Positions 39,601-53,545 of a DNA stretch of 64,000 bases are shown here, in pieces; the first letter of the stretch is position 1, and each line of letters opens with the position of its first letter. The notes beneath the pieces were generated by a model. The model was not told the DNA's origin. It saw only the letters and a list, made by a program, of their open reading frames with translations, and made no database searches. The position numbers were made by a program, and so were the translations under genes. Location of the stretch: positions 73,250,345 through 73,314,344 of the forward strand of contig NC_083405.1 in the NCBI RefSeq assembly GCF_020745735.1, in the 5' to 3' direction. The stretch is from Hemiscyllium ocellatum. Taxonomy: Eukaryota.

Positions 39601-41621
39601 CTGTTAAATTATATTCCGTAAGTTTAATTTACATGATAGTGATTCAAACGTTTTCCTCTCATGCACCATTTTTCCTCCCTATTATAATTCACTCTTGCTC
39701 AGCTTTGCAAAGCCCAACTAGTTTTCTCTTCATTTTGAACTGGATGATCTTTTTTGTTCTTCCTATTTGCTCGTCATTTTGAAGGGCAGCTAAACCAGCA
39801 CCCTTTTGTATTAGAAACAAAAGGGTGTCCTTTCGTTGTTTTCCAGTCAATTGAAAGGCTGGCCAACAAGCAAACAAATCTTGGACATAAAAAATAATAT
39901 CAACACTACACCTAACCTTTAAATTAGTTGTTTTAAAATTTCCCCACATTGTCCTCCTCGATGAAAGAGCATTTTGCATTTGTTTGGTCTCACCAGAATA
40001 ACATGATGAAGTGAGCAGCTAGACACGTTAATCCCTCCTATATACCTTGCACCATTACCACTTGGTTTTTAGAATTTTTTTCTTTCCTGTTTTATTGCTT
40101 TTTTTCTTCTCCACCCCCCACCAACCCCAAACTTATCCTTTCCATTTTCACCTTCATTGAGCTCAACTTAGGTAAAATGAATATACCTTGAGAAAGCCAA
40201 TCTGTATTTTCAAACAAGTTACCAAGTCAGTGAGTGATATTGCTGTCTGCCTTTTTTTTACAATTACTTCTAACGTGTGAGTCTCACAAGTAAGTCACTG
40301 TTCAACGTAGGAGATTTTCTCTCTAACCCCTCCTCTGCATGAGCATTGTATCTGTTAGTATGCTATATTTGCTTCATAAACAAATCAAGTGGAATAGACA
40401 TCAGCAGTAAGCAACTTGAAATACTCTCATTAATTTCATGAATAACTTTTTGCACTATAATGCTATACTGATCTTTTTCTTTTCATTAGTCTGCAAGAAT
40501 TCTATTTTTCACAGCATCTGAATGCAAGAACAAATCTCTGCTTTCAGATTTAAAAAGGATTTGGCATACTAACAAAAGTAATACCCAGTAGAAATATTGG
40601 TCAGTAATTTCTAGCCAGACATCGAATGATTTTTATTCCCTCCAAGGTACCAAGTACAATTGTGTATCTTGTTAATACCTTACGTATCACTGAACTCATA
40701 TTTTTTAAAAAATAAATTGGCTTTTAAAAATATAGAGACAAATCATGAACTTTATTTCATGGATACTATAATGATACAAGGCTGGCTGAGCTCTGCAAAA
40801 GCAAGAGGCAAACATGAGAGGCAGATTTGGTAACTCTGCCACCCAACTTAAAAGTTGAAGCCTATCTCCTCTTGGCTCGGTTGCTCTGAGCCAACTTTAT
40901 GTCAATCTGTTAATTGGTTTGGGATGAGAATTCCTTTTCCATCAGAAAGAAATAGAGAAAAAGTTTAAAAAAAAGGAGCAGGACAAGGTTCCTCAGACCT
41001 TCAAATGAGCTCGACTATTCAACACGATCATGACTGATCCTGCAACTCAGAACACTACTTACCAGTTTTCTCTCCATAACCGTTGATCTCTTTAGCCTGA
41101 AGAACTACAGATATATCTAACTCATTCTCAAAAACACACAAGGCTCTGGCCTGCAGTGCCTGTTCAAGTGGCTAATATTGGGATCTGTGATCTCAGCTTA
41201 GACTACAGGCAGTGGCCAAGGAGCTGAACTCCAATAAAATCGTTTCAGCTGAAGCCTCAACTGACCCATAGTCAAGCAGTCGAATGAGGACCCCCAAGCC
41301 CATTGCCACTAATAAAACCAGCAGTGATAGTGAGTGGCTGATGGGTACAACATTCCTGCAATGCCACTTGATGTTACAAACCCCTTTCCTCTGCCCCCAT
41401 GACTGCTCCTGGAGAAGCATAACATTTCATCAAATAACTTCAACAAAACATAGAAGAGTCACAGATCAAGGCTAGAGAGAGAGGTAGGTTAGTGCACATC
41501 AATAGTCTCAATTGTGCATAGTTTAAATCAGTATTTAAATATTTTTGCAGTGCAAACACATCTGACATTTTGCTTTGTAATGAAAGAAGATAGGACCATA
41601 CTGCTTTACAATACTGATGAT

Positions 41622-43152
41622 TCCAGGGTACTGAAGGAGGCAGCTCTAGAAATCGGGGATGCATTGGTGATCATTTTCCAATGTTCTATAGATTCCGGAT
41701 CAGTTCCTGAGGATTGATGGCTGATGTTGTCCCACCTTTTAAGAAAGGAGCAAGAGAGAAAGCAGGAAATTATAGACCAGTTAGTCTGACCTCAGTGATG
41801 GGAAAGATGCTGGAGTCAATTATAAAGGATGAAATTACAACACATCTGGATAGTAGTGACAGGATAGGTCAGAGTCAGCATGGATTTATGAAGGGGAAAT
41901 CATGCTTGACTAATCTTTTTTTTTGAGGATGTAACTCTGAAGATGGACAAGGGAGATCCAGTGGATGAAGTGTACCTGGACTTTCAGAAAACCTTTGAGA
42001 AAGTCCCATATAGGAGGTTAGTGAGCAAAATTAGGGCGCATGGTATTAAGGGCAAAATACTGACATGGATTGAAAATTGGTTGGCTGACAAGAAACAAAG
42101 AGTAGTGATAGACGGCTCCCTTTTGGAATGGCAGGCAGTGACCAGTGGGGTACGACAGGGATCAGTGCTGGGACTGCAGTGTTTTACATTAATGATATAG
42201 GTGATGGTATTAAAAGTAATATTAGCAGATTTGCTGATGAAACAAAGCTGGGTGGCAGGGTGAAATCTGAGGAGGATGTCAGGAGATTACAGGGTGACCT
42301 GGACAGGCTAGGTGAGTGGACAGATGCACGGCAGATGCAGTTTAATGTGGGTAAATGTGTGGTTATCCACTTTGGTGGCAGGAACAGGAAGGCAGATTAC
42401 TGCCTAAATGGAGTCAAGTTAGATAAAGGGGCAGTACAATGAGATCTAGGTGTTCTTGCACATCAGTCAATGAAAGCAAGCATGCAGGTACAGCACACAT
42501 TGAAGAAATCTAACAGCATGCTAGCCTTCATAACAAGAGGAATTGAATATAGAAGCAAAGAGGTTCTTCTGCAGCTGTACAGGGCCCTGGTGAGACCGCA
42601 CCTGGAATATTCTATGCAGTTCTGGTCTCCAAATTTGAGGAAAGACATTCTGGCTATTGAGGGTGTGCAGCGTAGGTTCACGAGGTCAATTCCCGGAATG
42701 GCGGGACTATCTTACGTTGAAAGACTGGATCGACTGGGTTTGTATACCCTGAGTTTAGAAGGCTGAGAGGGGATCTGATTGAGATGTATAAGATTATTAA
42801 AGGATTGGACACTGGAGGGAGGAAGCATGGTTCCGCTGATGGGTGAGTCCCGAACCAGAGGACACAGTTTAAAAATAAGGAGTAGTCCATTTAAAACAGA
42901 GTTGAGGAGAAACTTCTTCACCCAGAGAGCGGTGGGAATATGGAATGCTCTGCCCCAGAAGGCTATGGAGGCCCAGTCTCTGGATACTTTCAAGAAAGAG
43001 TTGGATAGAGCTCTTAAGGATAGTGGAATCAAGAGTTAGGGGGATAAGGCAGGAACAGGATACTGATTGGGGATGATCAACCATGATCATAATGAATGGT
43101 GGTGCTGGCTCGAAGGACAGAATGGCCTACTCCTGCACCTATTGTCTATTGT
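41622..43152 (+). mobile_element. 5'-truncated CR1 LINE, RT through 3' UTR (relatively young)
   Basis: NYRPVSLTSVMGK, QHGFMKGKSCLTNL, YLDFQKTFEKVP, GVRQGSVLG, FADETK, LVRPHLEY, TRGHSLK; stops and frameshifts present. Confidence 0.95.
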
Positions 43153-43189
43153 AACCACTGCACTTAGAAGAAGCTGGGAGGGATTTTTT

Positions 43190-43455
43190 GAATAACGTGC
43201 TTCCCCTTGCCCCCCCATCGTAATCCAGACAGTCCTCCTGTGCACTTCCTCCATTCCTCGCTCTACTGCTCTAAACACCACCCTTGTCCTCATCTACCAT
43301 CCCACCAGTCTCCACATCCAATGTATTACCTTAAACCTTTCAGCCAACTCCAATTAGACCCCATCACCAAGGACATCTACCCACCCCCCCATCCTCTCTG
43401 TCTTCTGGAAGGACCATTCCCTTCACCAATCCTTGGTTCGCACCAATCTATCCAC
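43190..43455 (+). mobile_element. PLE RT C-terminal/linker fragment
   Basis: TLVLIYHPTSLHIQ and QLQLDPITKDIYP match PLVLTFHPTNLRINQ...LQTDPTTRDIFP at 59120-59230(-). Confidence 0.7.
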
Positions 43456-43459
43456 CAAA

Positions 43460-43648
43460 AGCATGGCCAATTCACCTGACCCCCAAATCTTTGGACTGTG
43501 GGAGGAAACCGGAGCACCCGGAGGAAACCCACGCAGACACGGGGAGAACGTGCAAACTCCACACAGTCAGTCACCTGAGGTGGGAATTGAACCCGGGTCT
43601 CTGGCACTGTGAAGCGGCAGTGCTAACCACTGTGCCACCGTGCTGCCC
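43460..43648 (-). mobile_element. HE1 / V-SINE, 3'-truncated
   Basis: Reverse complement of the head and V-domain seen at 25485. Confidence 0.9.
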
Positions 43649-46164
43649 ATTTTGGGGCCATTTGGAATGGAAATGGATTGGGTCAGAAAATTCTGCCACC
43701 CCTTGCTGCGCCAATTTTCTGAAACTTCAAGTGCCAGGAAATTTGATGGAGGTTGTCCATCAACAAAAGGTGGGGGAAAAAAAGGACAACAAGTGCCTAA
43801 TTGATGGTAGGCAAGGGAGGCAGATTGGGATTTTCCATTCAGTTTCCTGTTTCCAGGCTTGGACAGAGATGGCTCAAATGACTGCAGGTATGCAGCCAGC
43901 AGCAATGTAAGGCATCAGCTCTCCAGACATGCCTTCTCTCTCTACTGGGGCATGGAGGCAGCTAATGATTGTCCTGTAGAAAGAGATTCCTATAGAAAGA
44001 GTGATGACCAGGCTGCTTTTTCTATGCTTTATGCTTTCCAGAAGAGGGTGAGAGACTGCCTCCACATTAAAGCATCATCTGTTTGTTTTTACTGCAGCTG
44101 ATTGTACCTCTGAATTTGGAAGGCCTGTAACCAGTAATCCCCACATTGCATTAATGATTTTATTTAAAAATTGTGAACTGTTCAGGAAAATAATTTAAGT
44201 TATTTTTGATCAATGTTTGAAAAGCATTCCCTTCTAAATCAGCTGCCTGCTAGAAACATCAGGACAGTGAATTTACCACATAAGCGAAATACAAATGTAT
44301 TTGAGGACTCATGTGATATCATATTCAGCGTGTGCAATATTCTACATTGCATTCTCATAAGATTTATCCTCATGAAGAGAGGACACGATTCACTATCCTA
44401 ATCTAATCTTAAAATGCAAGATGTGCCAAGCAGATGCAAAATGTTTCATTGTGAAGGGATGGATGGGAGAAAATGGAAAGGCAATTTGAAATCCTCATCA
44501 GGTACTATTGGCTGCCTCCTGGTTGCTGTGAACTGGCAGTTCACCATTTGTCTATGAACAGACCACCTGCGTGCTTTATCAATTGCAAGCACATGGGCCC
44601 AGCAGGATTAACAACTGGGATAAAACAAAGACAGACTGCAAATATAAAAATATTTTCCATCGTAATTGCTCCCTTCTGTTATGGTCACTGATAACCACTA
44701 TTTTATGATCTGCTTCATACATGACCATAGTACTATGCTTCAAACTATAATTACAATCGTACCTGGAGATGTCTCAAATTATAGTTTTTCTTTAAAGAAG
44801 AAATTAATTTGGTACATTGCAAAATCTTTCTCAGTTATTTAAACCATCACACAGATGGAATTAAATTTTTCAGCTCTACGCAAATTTGGCAGATCAGGAC
44901 TATTTCTGGAATAATGGAGCAAATTCACAGACTACTTTTGTAGTGCAAGCTCATTAACATAACTGGTGTAACATAACTGGTGTGTACTTCTGACTTTGAG
45001 TGATGACTTGAGGTTTAGATAAAATGTTTTATTTCAATAAAAAGCTAAAAACACACCACGTATAATAGAGAAGGTGCAGTACAAATGCACAATCTTTAAA
45101 AGAAGCTTTCAATTATTGATTTAAAAATTCTGTTACTTCTAGTATGTTCTTTCTGAGATGTTACACTGACCAGCTTCGTCCTGGAGTTGGCACACCTCAG
45201 ATCAACAGTGGAAAAGAGCAGTGAAAAGTATCCAAGATCATAGAACATAAAAAGATCTGATGACTTAAATGTCAGCAGCATTCTGAGATATGAAAGAAAT
45301 TGCAAGATTCTGAGTCTGCTGCGTCTGTGGGCAACAAGTACAGCCCAGGAACAAATAAGCTTTTGTTTGCAGATTAGCCAACTGCACGTCCCACTACATA
45401 AAGATGGTTATCCTGTTTGAGACTTCAAAACACTGCATCCAGTAGATATGAGTGTTTCAAACCTCACAGGTGATGGTATGCAGGATCAGAGACGTGTGCT
45501 GGCCACAGATCTTACAGGAGTAAAGAATTAGGCAAAGTGTGTAAAAATGCCATTAACCCAGTACATGGCCAGGGATTGCATCCACAGCAAGTCCATATTA
45601 CGGAGTAGGATTTAGTGTTTGATGCATCAAATATGAGGGTGGGCATCTTCAAGAGTGACTGACTCCCCATCATCAGGAAGAAATCTCTGTGGTTTAGGTA
45701 CTGACTGGCAAGCTCCTCAGCAAATCACAAGTCTCAATTATGAAATCTTGCAGGTTAGAAGTAGCCAACATCTGATGTTGGAGATTCCTGCAGGCTTCAA
45801 GGTCTTAAACAGTGAGAAGGTAAGTTCCTTTTTGTTGGGTTTTCCGGTTTTGCAAGGAGAACAGGGAGGAGTAGGAAGTCAAAGGCAATGTTGGGGACAT
45901 AGCCTCAAGTGGCCATACCCATGCCACCTTCCCTCTTCCCCCACACCCCCACCCCACCCCACCACCACCCCACACTCTTAAAATTCCTGCCTCTAACAGG
46001 TTCCAGATTTGAGCATATGAAAGACCATAACCCAGCAGGCAAGTTACCCTGATTTCCCAGTCAGACCAATTAATTAGCCATTTCAAGCTTTTAATTGGTG
46101 GAAAGTCAAGAAGGTCCCCGAGGGATCTTATTCCTAGATTATGACTATTTATTTAATAAAACCG

Positions 46165-46305
46165 AAATAACTGTGGATGTTGTAAATCAGAAACAAAAAC
46201 AGTTCTGAGGAAGAGTCACTGGACCCAAAACGTTAACGCAGATTTCTCTTCACAGATGCTACCCAGCTTGCTGAGCTTCACCAGCAACTTCTGTTTTTGT
46301 TTCAT
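46165..46305 (+). mobile_element. PLE mini-element with hammerhead motif (G12>A)
   Basis: GTT CTGAGGA A GAGTC act GGACCC AAAA CGTT AAC at 46202-46237, stem I GUU/AAC; short inverted arm to the left. Confidence 0.7.
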
Positions 46306-47139
46306 CCAATTATTTGCCCTTTTCAGAATTTCCAGAGAGGAGATAAACACGTTGAATTTTCAAAGAATCAGAATGTATATGCATTGGATCTCAAACAGTA
46401 GTGACAACATTTCTTCCTCACTTCAAGTTGTTGCTTTCTTGTTTCTCTGACCACGAATTCTTATTCTTCTGAAATAACAATTTAGACTTTACAGAATGCT
46501 GTTTGGGGAGATGAAAGAGTAGGATTGGGGGAATCAAGTGAAGAAACATGTATCAGAAAATACTGGTGATGGCAGGAACAGAAAATAAACATGAACACCA
46601 TAATAAGGTGAGAGTGACTTATGTAAAAACAGAATTTATTATTTAACACCAGGAACCTGTGGATACAAAATAAATTTATTTGATAACCTGCACATAGGTT
46701 ACATATTTCAATATGCAACTGCCATCGCCTGAGTGTCACACATGTGGGATGGCTTTCAGTGTCCTGACCACCTAGTACTGGTACAAGTCCAGCCTGAAGT
46801 GTAGTGCTCTAGTGTACATACTTTTCTTCAGCCTTGCAGTTCAGACCTTGTGCGAGAAGAACAAAACAAAAAGTCCACAGCAATCCAGGCAGCATCAGAG
46901 ATTGAGAAGTCAACATTTCAGGTAAAACCCTACTTCCAGATTGCTTCTTGTCTATTTTGGATTCCAGCATCTGAAGTTTTTTTGTCTCAAAAAAAAGTCC
47001 AGGCATAATTTGAAAGTCTAATGGAAAAGATTATAACATGTCATAAAATACTTCAATCTTTAGGAAAGGTGTATAAAGGCATTTCAGCATTTCAGCAAGG
47101 CAAAATTGAGATACAGAAGGAAGTGACAAGCGATAATAA

Positions 47140-47530
47140 AATGAAAGACTTGCATTTCTGTTGCACTTTCCATAACCTTCGGTTTTCTTCAAGCACTTTG
47201 CAAGTGATGAAGCGCTTTTGAAGTCAAATCACTGTTGCATTGTCAGAAATACAGTAGCCACACAGAAAAGAAATGAATGACTATAGTTATTTTAGGTGTC
47301 AGTTTAATGATAACTGTTATTCAAGATAGAAAAGATCTCTTGCTTTTAATTCAAACTGTTGCTGGAATATTTCACATCCACCCATGTTATCAGACAGAAA
47401 CTCAAACCGAGATCACCTGGATTACAGTAGCCTTCAGTTTAAGAATTTATATAATATCATTAAACATACAACCAAGCATAATCTAAACATCCCATGGATG
47501 AAATATTTAATTTTCTGGAGTAAAGGATAC
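47140..47530 (-). mobile_element. Deu-domain SINE, degenerate
   Basis: AAGACTTGCATTT...GCACTTTGCAAG...TTTTGAAGT...CACTGTTG, similar to 6830-7100. Confidence 0.5.
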
Positions 47531-47924
47531 CTACATTTGCTTGTATTTCACACTTACTGTTAAGTGCATCTTAATAATTTCACAAAATATATATTATCAT
47601 AATTTTTAGTTCAAAACATTTACACAGCCTGGTTCAGTTTGTCACTGTCCCACTCTCTCACAAATGCTGATTGGAACATCAGTTGATCAGTATAATATGT
47701 TGGCTATCTCTCATTATTTTGATCTACGTTCACACTGCAGTTACTCCCAGATACATGCCAGCCAAACCACCTCAAAGCTCAAGGCACAGACAAAAGTAAC
47801 CTATCTTTATGTAGCACCTTGAACTTATGAAACTTTCCAACTGAGGCACCTCACAGGAGCATACAAACAAATTAAAATATAACACTGAATCACATATGAG
47901 GAGATCGCAAACAAAAAAAAAACA

Positions 47925-49230
47925 GAAATTGTTCAGGAAACTTTCCAGGTCTGGCACCATCTGTGACCATAAAGTAGAGTAAATGTTGAATCCACTGACA
48001 CTGCTTCAGAACTGTCAATAGGTAGGAAAAAAGTGATATGTATGGTGATGACAGGGGTGAGATGTGGGGAATAGGGTAAGTGGGTAGCTGGAGATCAACC
48101 CCAGAAAGAGAGAGGGGAAATTAGTGTCAAACATCCTTAAGTCTGCCGAAACCAGCTGTTATGGACCAGGCCCAACTCCCCAAAACATTGTTATGTAAGT
48201 GTCACAGACTGCAACTTTGCTATTTGTTTTAGGGAAGTGTATAGTGGATTTTCCCAGAGTGAATTAGCTCATCCGACTGCCAAGTTTTAAACAAACAGAA
48301 TTTATTTAGAAAATTACAGAATGAAACACAGAGAACAGAAAGTAGACTACCAGATAACTTATCCTATCCAAAACCTGACAGACCATCCCGAATTAATGAT
48401 GCTGTTCCGAAAATACTTGCAACAGCCCAATAAACACATCCCTTTGCACAAAGAGTAAAAATTATTTAAAAGGCGGACAGGTTATGCAGTTGGAAGGGCA
48501 GGAGGAGAGAACCAACAGCCTTTCTTCACCCACACTGTTGCTGAACTGAATCAAAAACTCTAATTTCAACGAAAGCTAGCTGGCCAGTCCCCTTTGATTA
48601 TACTTCTTTTTTAAGACAGGAAAGCTTTCGGCCTGAGGCATTACCTGTTTGGGGTAAATAAAAAGGGTCCCAATAAACATTTCAAGCCCAGCCTAGTTGG
48701 AGCCTGGCCAATTATCCCTCTCTGGAAAAAAACTCAAGGGTACAGTAATCTTGTAGAAAAACAGCATTGTCACACAGCAAGAAAGAAAAGCTGACATTGG
48801 GGACCAGAAGTAGATGAAAATGAGTTGGCTGTGCTGAAGGTAGCCCATATCAATGAAAGGTCCTGGGGTGTGAGGGTAGCTAAAGGACATGGAAGGTGGT
48901 ATTCAGGCCCTAAAATAATTCAACTCAATATTATATCCTGAAGGCTACAGGGTCCCCAGAGAAATGCTGTTCTCCTAGCTTTCTTGCAATTCTTTGCCTA
49001 ACATTACTTCTCTTTCTCTCTCTCTTTGGGTTCTGTCTCCATCTATTGATTCACTCCTCTCCCACCTCAGTCATTAGCAGAAGTGTCATCTTTTCCGAGC
49101 TACATTCAGTTCTGACAAAGGGTCGCTAAACTCAAAATGTTAACTCTGCTTTCTCTCCACAAATGCTGCCGTACTTGCTGAGCAAGTCCAACAATTTCTG
49201 TTTTGTTTCCTATTTTCAGCATCCACCATT
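47925..49230. mobile_element. Old inverted PLE relic hosting a solo LTR
   Basis: AACAGAAATTGTTCAGG arm at left and GTTCTGACAAAGGGTC...AAAATGTTAACTCTGCTTTCTCTCCAC arm at right. Confidence 0.55.
48157..48774 (-). mobile_element. Solo LTR, 618 bp, with 4-bp TSD
   Basis: TGTTA...TCACA termini; CAGC at 48153-48156 and 48775-48778; TTTATT (minus-strand AATAAA) at about 48301. Confidence 0.8.
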
Positions 49231-51060
49231 CTAACATAATCTTATGTTGAATGACTGAAAGCTTTGCCAAAGAGTTAAGTCTTAAGAAGCAAAGGATTAA
49301 AAAGAAATTGAGAAGTAAACAGATGTAGGAAGGGTATTCCAGAGCCTGGGACTGAACTAACTGAAGACAGGGGCATTAATGATGTACTGATTATAATCAG
49401 GAGTGCAGAAGAGACCAGAATTAGATGACAACAGATACCTTGCTTAAGAACTAGGAACAGGGGATTGCAATTCAGCCTTTCTAGACCAATTTTCTATTCA
49501 AATGAAATCATGACTAATCTTCTACTTCAGCAAAATTTTGTTGCTCTACCATCACATTCCTCAGTCTCTAAAATGTTGAAATCTACTGATCTCAGTATAC
49601 TCTGATCTCAGTTTTGAACGTAAGCATTGACTGATTTGCTTGAGTCCTCTGGAATAGAGAATTCCTAATGCTTTCCCTTCCTCAAAGTGAGGAAATCCCC
49701 CCTCACCTCAGTTTTAAATGGCCTTATTCTGAATCTACATTCTCTGGTTTTAGACATATAAGCTGAAGAGGCTCAAGCAAAGCATTTAATGAATATGGTG
49801 ATTAGATTTAAGTGGAGAGAGGGGAATGCCTGAAGAGAGAATCATTTCAATTATTTGCTAACATGAGGCCAAGAAGGGAACCTGGGTCATCAGCAGTTTA
49901 GCTTAGTGGCCTCAAGGGAACTCAAGGTGGATAAGATCCATTCAGAGGATGCGAGAGACAGGTAAGAAATTAGAGAAAGATACATTTGCAGGTCATGAAG
50001 AGTGAACAATACTAAACAGGGCAGACCTGATCACTGTCAGTCATTGGAACAAATAAAGACAAAACAAAACTTAATTCTTTCCTGATACTAGACTGTCCAA
50101 GGAAGTAAACCTGACAATAACCAGAGAGTCACTATTGATGAGGCAAGTGGCTGAATTTACTGGCCCATCTCGGAGCATCAGCAGTAATGTTGGATGCACT
50201 ACTTCTGCAGCCCATGACATTTTCTGTGCCCTGACCTTTTTGGGCTATTTCAGCCAGGACCTCTGATCCTGGCTACACCAAACAATGGGCCACTGCAGCC
50301 TTTGTATGGCAAGCCTGCTCAGCATAGAAAACAGACAGAGAGGGGACATGCTTCCTTTTTACAATGAGTCATCATACTCACGTAACCATTTAAAAAGATT
50401 TCAAGCCTGTTAATGAGTGGACAATAATAGCTGGATGATTGAGCAAGTTGATACTTGTGTCAGGAGGGTAGTCAGATTGAGACAGTTTGGACTGGGTAAT
50501 TATGTCTGGTTGAGGGCATGAGCATTGTGGGCATGATTTGTGGAAATTGAATTTGGTGTTTAGCTTAGTTACATTGGTAATACAACTCTGTAATTAACCA
50601 ATGAACCAATACAACATTTCCAGCACAAGTATCCAGATAAATCGCAGATGTGGAGATGATAGCTTAAATAAAGACAATAATTGCACTTCAACAAGAAACT
50701 GGGAGAACACTAATGCTATAGAGAAGGCATACATAGCATGCATAAGGACAGTAAGCAGCAGCCTCCATGAAAGCTTTTTTATGGTTGTTAAAGACAAATC
50801 TTCAAATATTGTTCTTTTACTCTGACACGATTGACAACAAAGAAAAAAAAAAGAGGTAAATACAAAAGATATTTACGATTGTGTCCTGGCACATGCTGGA
50901 GCTGATTTCTGTGGAATTTGGGGAATTGAGCAGTTTGATGTAACAGGTGATGCCGATACTGCCAGTATGAAAGGGAAACCAGGCTGAAGCAGTTTGTCAT
51001 CGATGCTAACAGTCACACCTTGTTCTTGGATGGCATAATGTTGGCAAAGAAAGCACAGTG

Positions 51061-51373
51061 ATTAGATTAGATTACTTACAGTGTGGAAACAGGCCCTTCG
51101 GCCCAACAAGTCCACACCGACCCGCCAAAGCGCAACCCACCCATACCCCTACATTTACCCCTTATCTAACACTATGGGCAATTTAGCATGGCCAATTCAC
51201 CTGACCCGCACATCTTTGGACTGTGGGAGGAAACCGGAGCACCCGGAGGAAACCCACGCAGACACGAGGAGAACGTGCAAACTCCACACAGTCTGTCGCT
51301 TGAATCGGGAATTGAACCCGGGTCTCAGGTGCTGTGAGGCAGCAGTGCTAACCACTGTGCCACCGTGCCGCCC
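51061..51373 (-). mobile_element. HE1 / V-SINE, full length
   Basis: Complete head, V-domain and (TCTAA)n tail; flanks CACAGTGAT / CATAGTGAT. Confidence 0.92.
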
Positions 51374-52097
51374 ACATAGTGATGGGCTTTACTTCTATTT
51401 ATTATGGGTACTTTGGTGAGAGATACTTAAGACGCTGACGGATATGGGAGAGCATGCAGATTATGAATGTGAAGTGAAAGCTTTGAATGATCATTATGTG
51501 ATCATGTTAAATTGCACACTCCAAAGGCATGTTTTCCGTTGGATGAAACAAAAAGGAGGAGTAACAGTCACCTAATTTGTAATGTATTTTGAGTAAGTGA
51601 CATATGGATACAATTATATTGCATCAAGATGGAAGAATAAATCAATTGGTCCAACATTGCAGGTCAGTTAAATGAAGATGTAAGCTGCTGGAAAGAGGAA
51701 ATCACTTAACATATTATTCCCATGATCCTAATAAGTTGTAGAAGCAGAAATATGCCATTCAACCCATAGAGTCTGCTCTGTCATTCAATGTAATTTTAAC
51801 TAATCTGATAAACATCAACTCCACTTCCCCATACATCTTGATTTCTTAAATGGATTAAAAATTGAGCTCTCTCAGCCTTGAATTTGCCATAGCAGTTACA
51901 TTGGAAGCAGTGGACAGACAATTTCACAGCATGAAATGTGGTCCCACATCTGTCCAGGTACAACTAAAGTGAAATTAATTGTGTGGTACTATAGAATCCG
52001 GGTACACATAAATGCAAGCACTAGAAATCTCAGGGGGAGTGTTTCAGATTTGGCAACTTTGAGCACAATGGAAGAGGAGCCTGCCTCCCTCCCAAGG

Positions 52098-52403
52098 AGA
52101 TTAGATTAGATTATATTAGATTCCCTACAGTGTGGAAACAGGCCCTTCGGCCCAACAAGTCCACACCGACCCTCCGAAGAGTAACCCACCCAGTCCCATT
52201 TCCCTCTGAATAATGCACCTAACACTACGGGCAATTTAGTATGGCCAATTCACCTGACCTGCACATCTTTGGGCTGTGGGAGGAAACCAGGATACCTGAA
52301 GGAAACCCATGCAGACACGGGGAGAATGTGCAAACTCCATACAGCCGTCCTGGGACCCTGGTGCTGTGAGGCAGCAGTGCTAACCACTGATCCACCGTGC
52401 CGC
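52098..52403 (-). mobile_element. HE1 / V-SINE
   Basis: Same structure with a small internal deletion; (TCTAA)n tail. Confidence 0.9.
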
Positions 52404-53264
52404 TAAAGAATAGAATAGAAATTTATATGCCATTTCTACCATACACAACTGATACAGTAAAAAACAATACAGAGTTCCTCCAGGACTGAGGTGCTACATA
52501 GACAGAGCAAACTACATGATTATACAAAGGGTGGCATAAAGTGCATAAGAAGTGGAAAACACACAAATTACAGTCTAATAAAAGAATGATAATTAATAGA
52601 CAGGCTGAAAAGGAATGCTGAAAATGCTGGGGCTAAGATGATTTGCCATGCAGTGCAATAACAAAGCTGAACAGATGGGAAAACATGACAGATGATGTAA
52701 AGGAAAAAGAGATGAAAGCAGTACAATGAGACAAGTTGAAAATGATGCAGAGAGCGAGGATATAACCAGCAATCATAGATACAGGCTTTATGCCGACAGG
52801 AGCATGTTTGAGAGAGTTCCAGTTATTATTGTCAGTGTTGAAGTGAGCATTATTTAGATTCAGACAGTGACAGTAACATCATCGACAGAGCACTGTGGGA
52901 GAAATTGAAGACAACGCAAATCAAGTGTTCATCTCAAACATCTGTAAAAATTCTCTACTCTTTCATTTCTAAAGCCCAGCTTCAAACTATTGGATAAATA
53001 TTCAACGTTGTTCAGGACTTAAATAAAAAAAAGTTATTAGTATACTGGATACTACATAGCCAGATAGCACATGCAAGAACAATAAGAACCAGCCTCCATT
53101 AGTACTTTTAACTCTATGTTGAAATTAAATTTGTGCCTTCAAAGCATACATTTGCCTTGTCTTATGACTCCACATATATTGGCCCAAGTCTTAGACACTG
53201 AAACCACTGAGATTGCAGACTCAAGTCTAATATTTGATGCTCTGAACACAATAAGTTTCAGATC

Positions 53265-53545
53265 ATTACATTTCAGGGTGAACATGTTCTGTGCCATTTG
53301 TCTCCATATAGGTCTTTCACCAGAGCCTTGTTAGTGGCAGACAGTTCATCATCATCCTACTTCAGTAATGGCTGATCCTTGCTTATCTCATTGTTAGGTT
53401 GGGGGTGGTGGGGGCGGGGAGGGGGGAGAGACGTGAGGAGGAATGTGGGTCAGGCTATGGCAGGAAAGGCTGTTAATTCCCAGAAACTTTGCAGAGTGCT
53501 GGAACTGGCACCACAAACTTATAGTCTGTGTTCAGCAGTGTCTGA
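53265..53545. repeat. Unclassified repeat, copy 1 of a local direct duplication
   Basis: Colinear with 54640-54952, e.g. GGGTCAGGCTATG.CAGGAA.GGCTGTT.A...GAGTGCT.GAACTGGCACCACAA.CTTA. Confidence 0.8.

Larger units (their letters stand above)
50589..53020 (+). mobile_element. Decayed Gypsy (Mag-like) LTR retrotransposon: possible 5' LTR/PBS, gag, zinc knuckle, protease
   Basis: GIEQFDVTGDADT, ALLLFIMG, EILKTLTDMGEHADYECEVKALNDHY...LQRHVFRWMKQKGGVTVT, GECFRFGNFEH, DSDSDSNIIDRALWEKLK; interrupted by SINEs and LINE tails. Confidence 0.75.

Noticed and set aside
44955-44985. Short tandem duplication (TAACATAACTGGTG)x2 and other short repeats as an array or CRISPR
   Set aside because: Only two adjacent units, no spacers, eukaryotic context; ordinary slippage.
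53505-53545. LLNTDYK as an L1/Tx1 RT motif
   Set aside because: Flanking residues do not continue RT homology; treated as coincidence unless a search shows otherwise.
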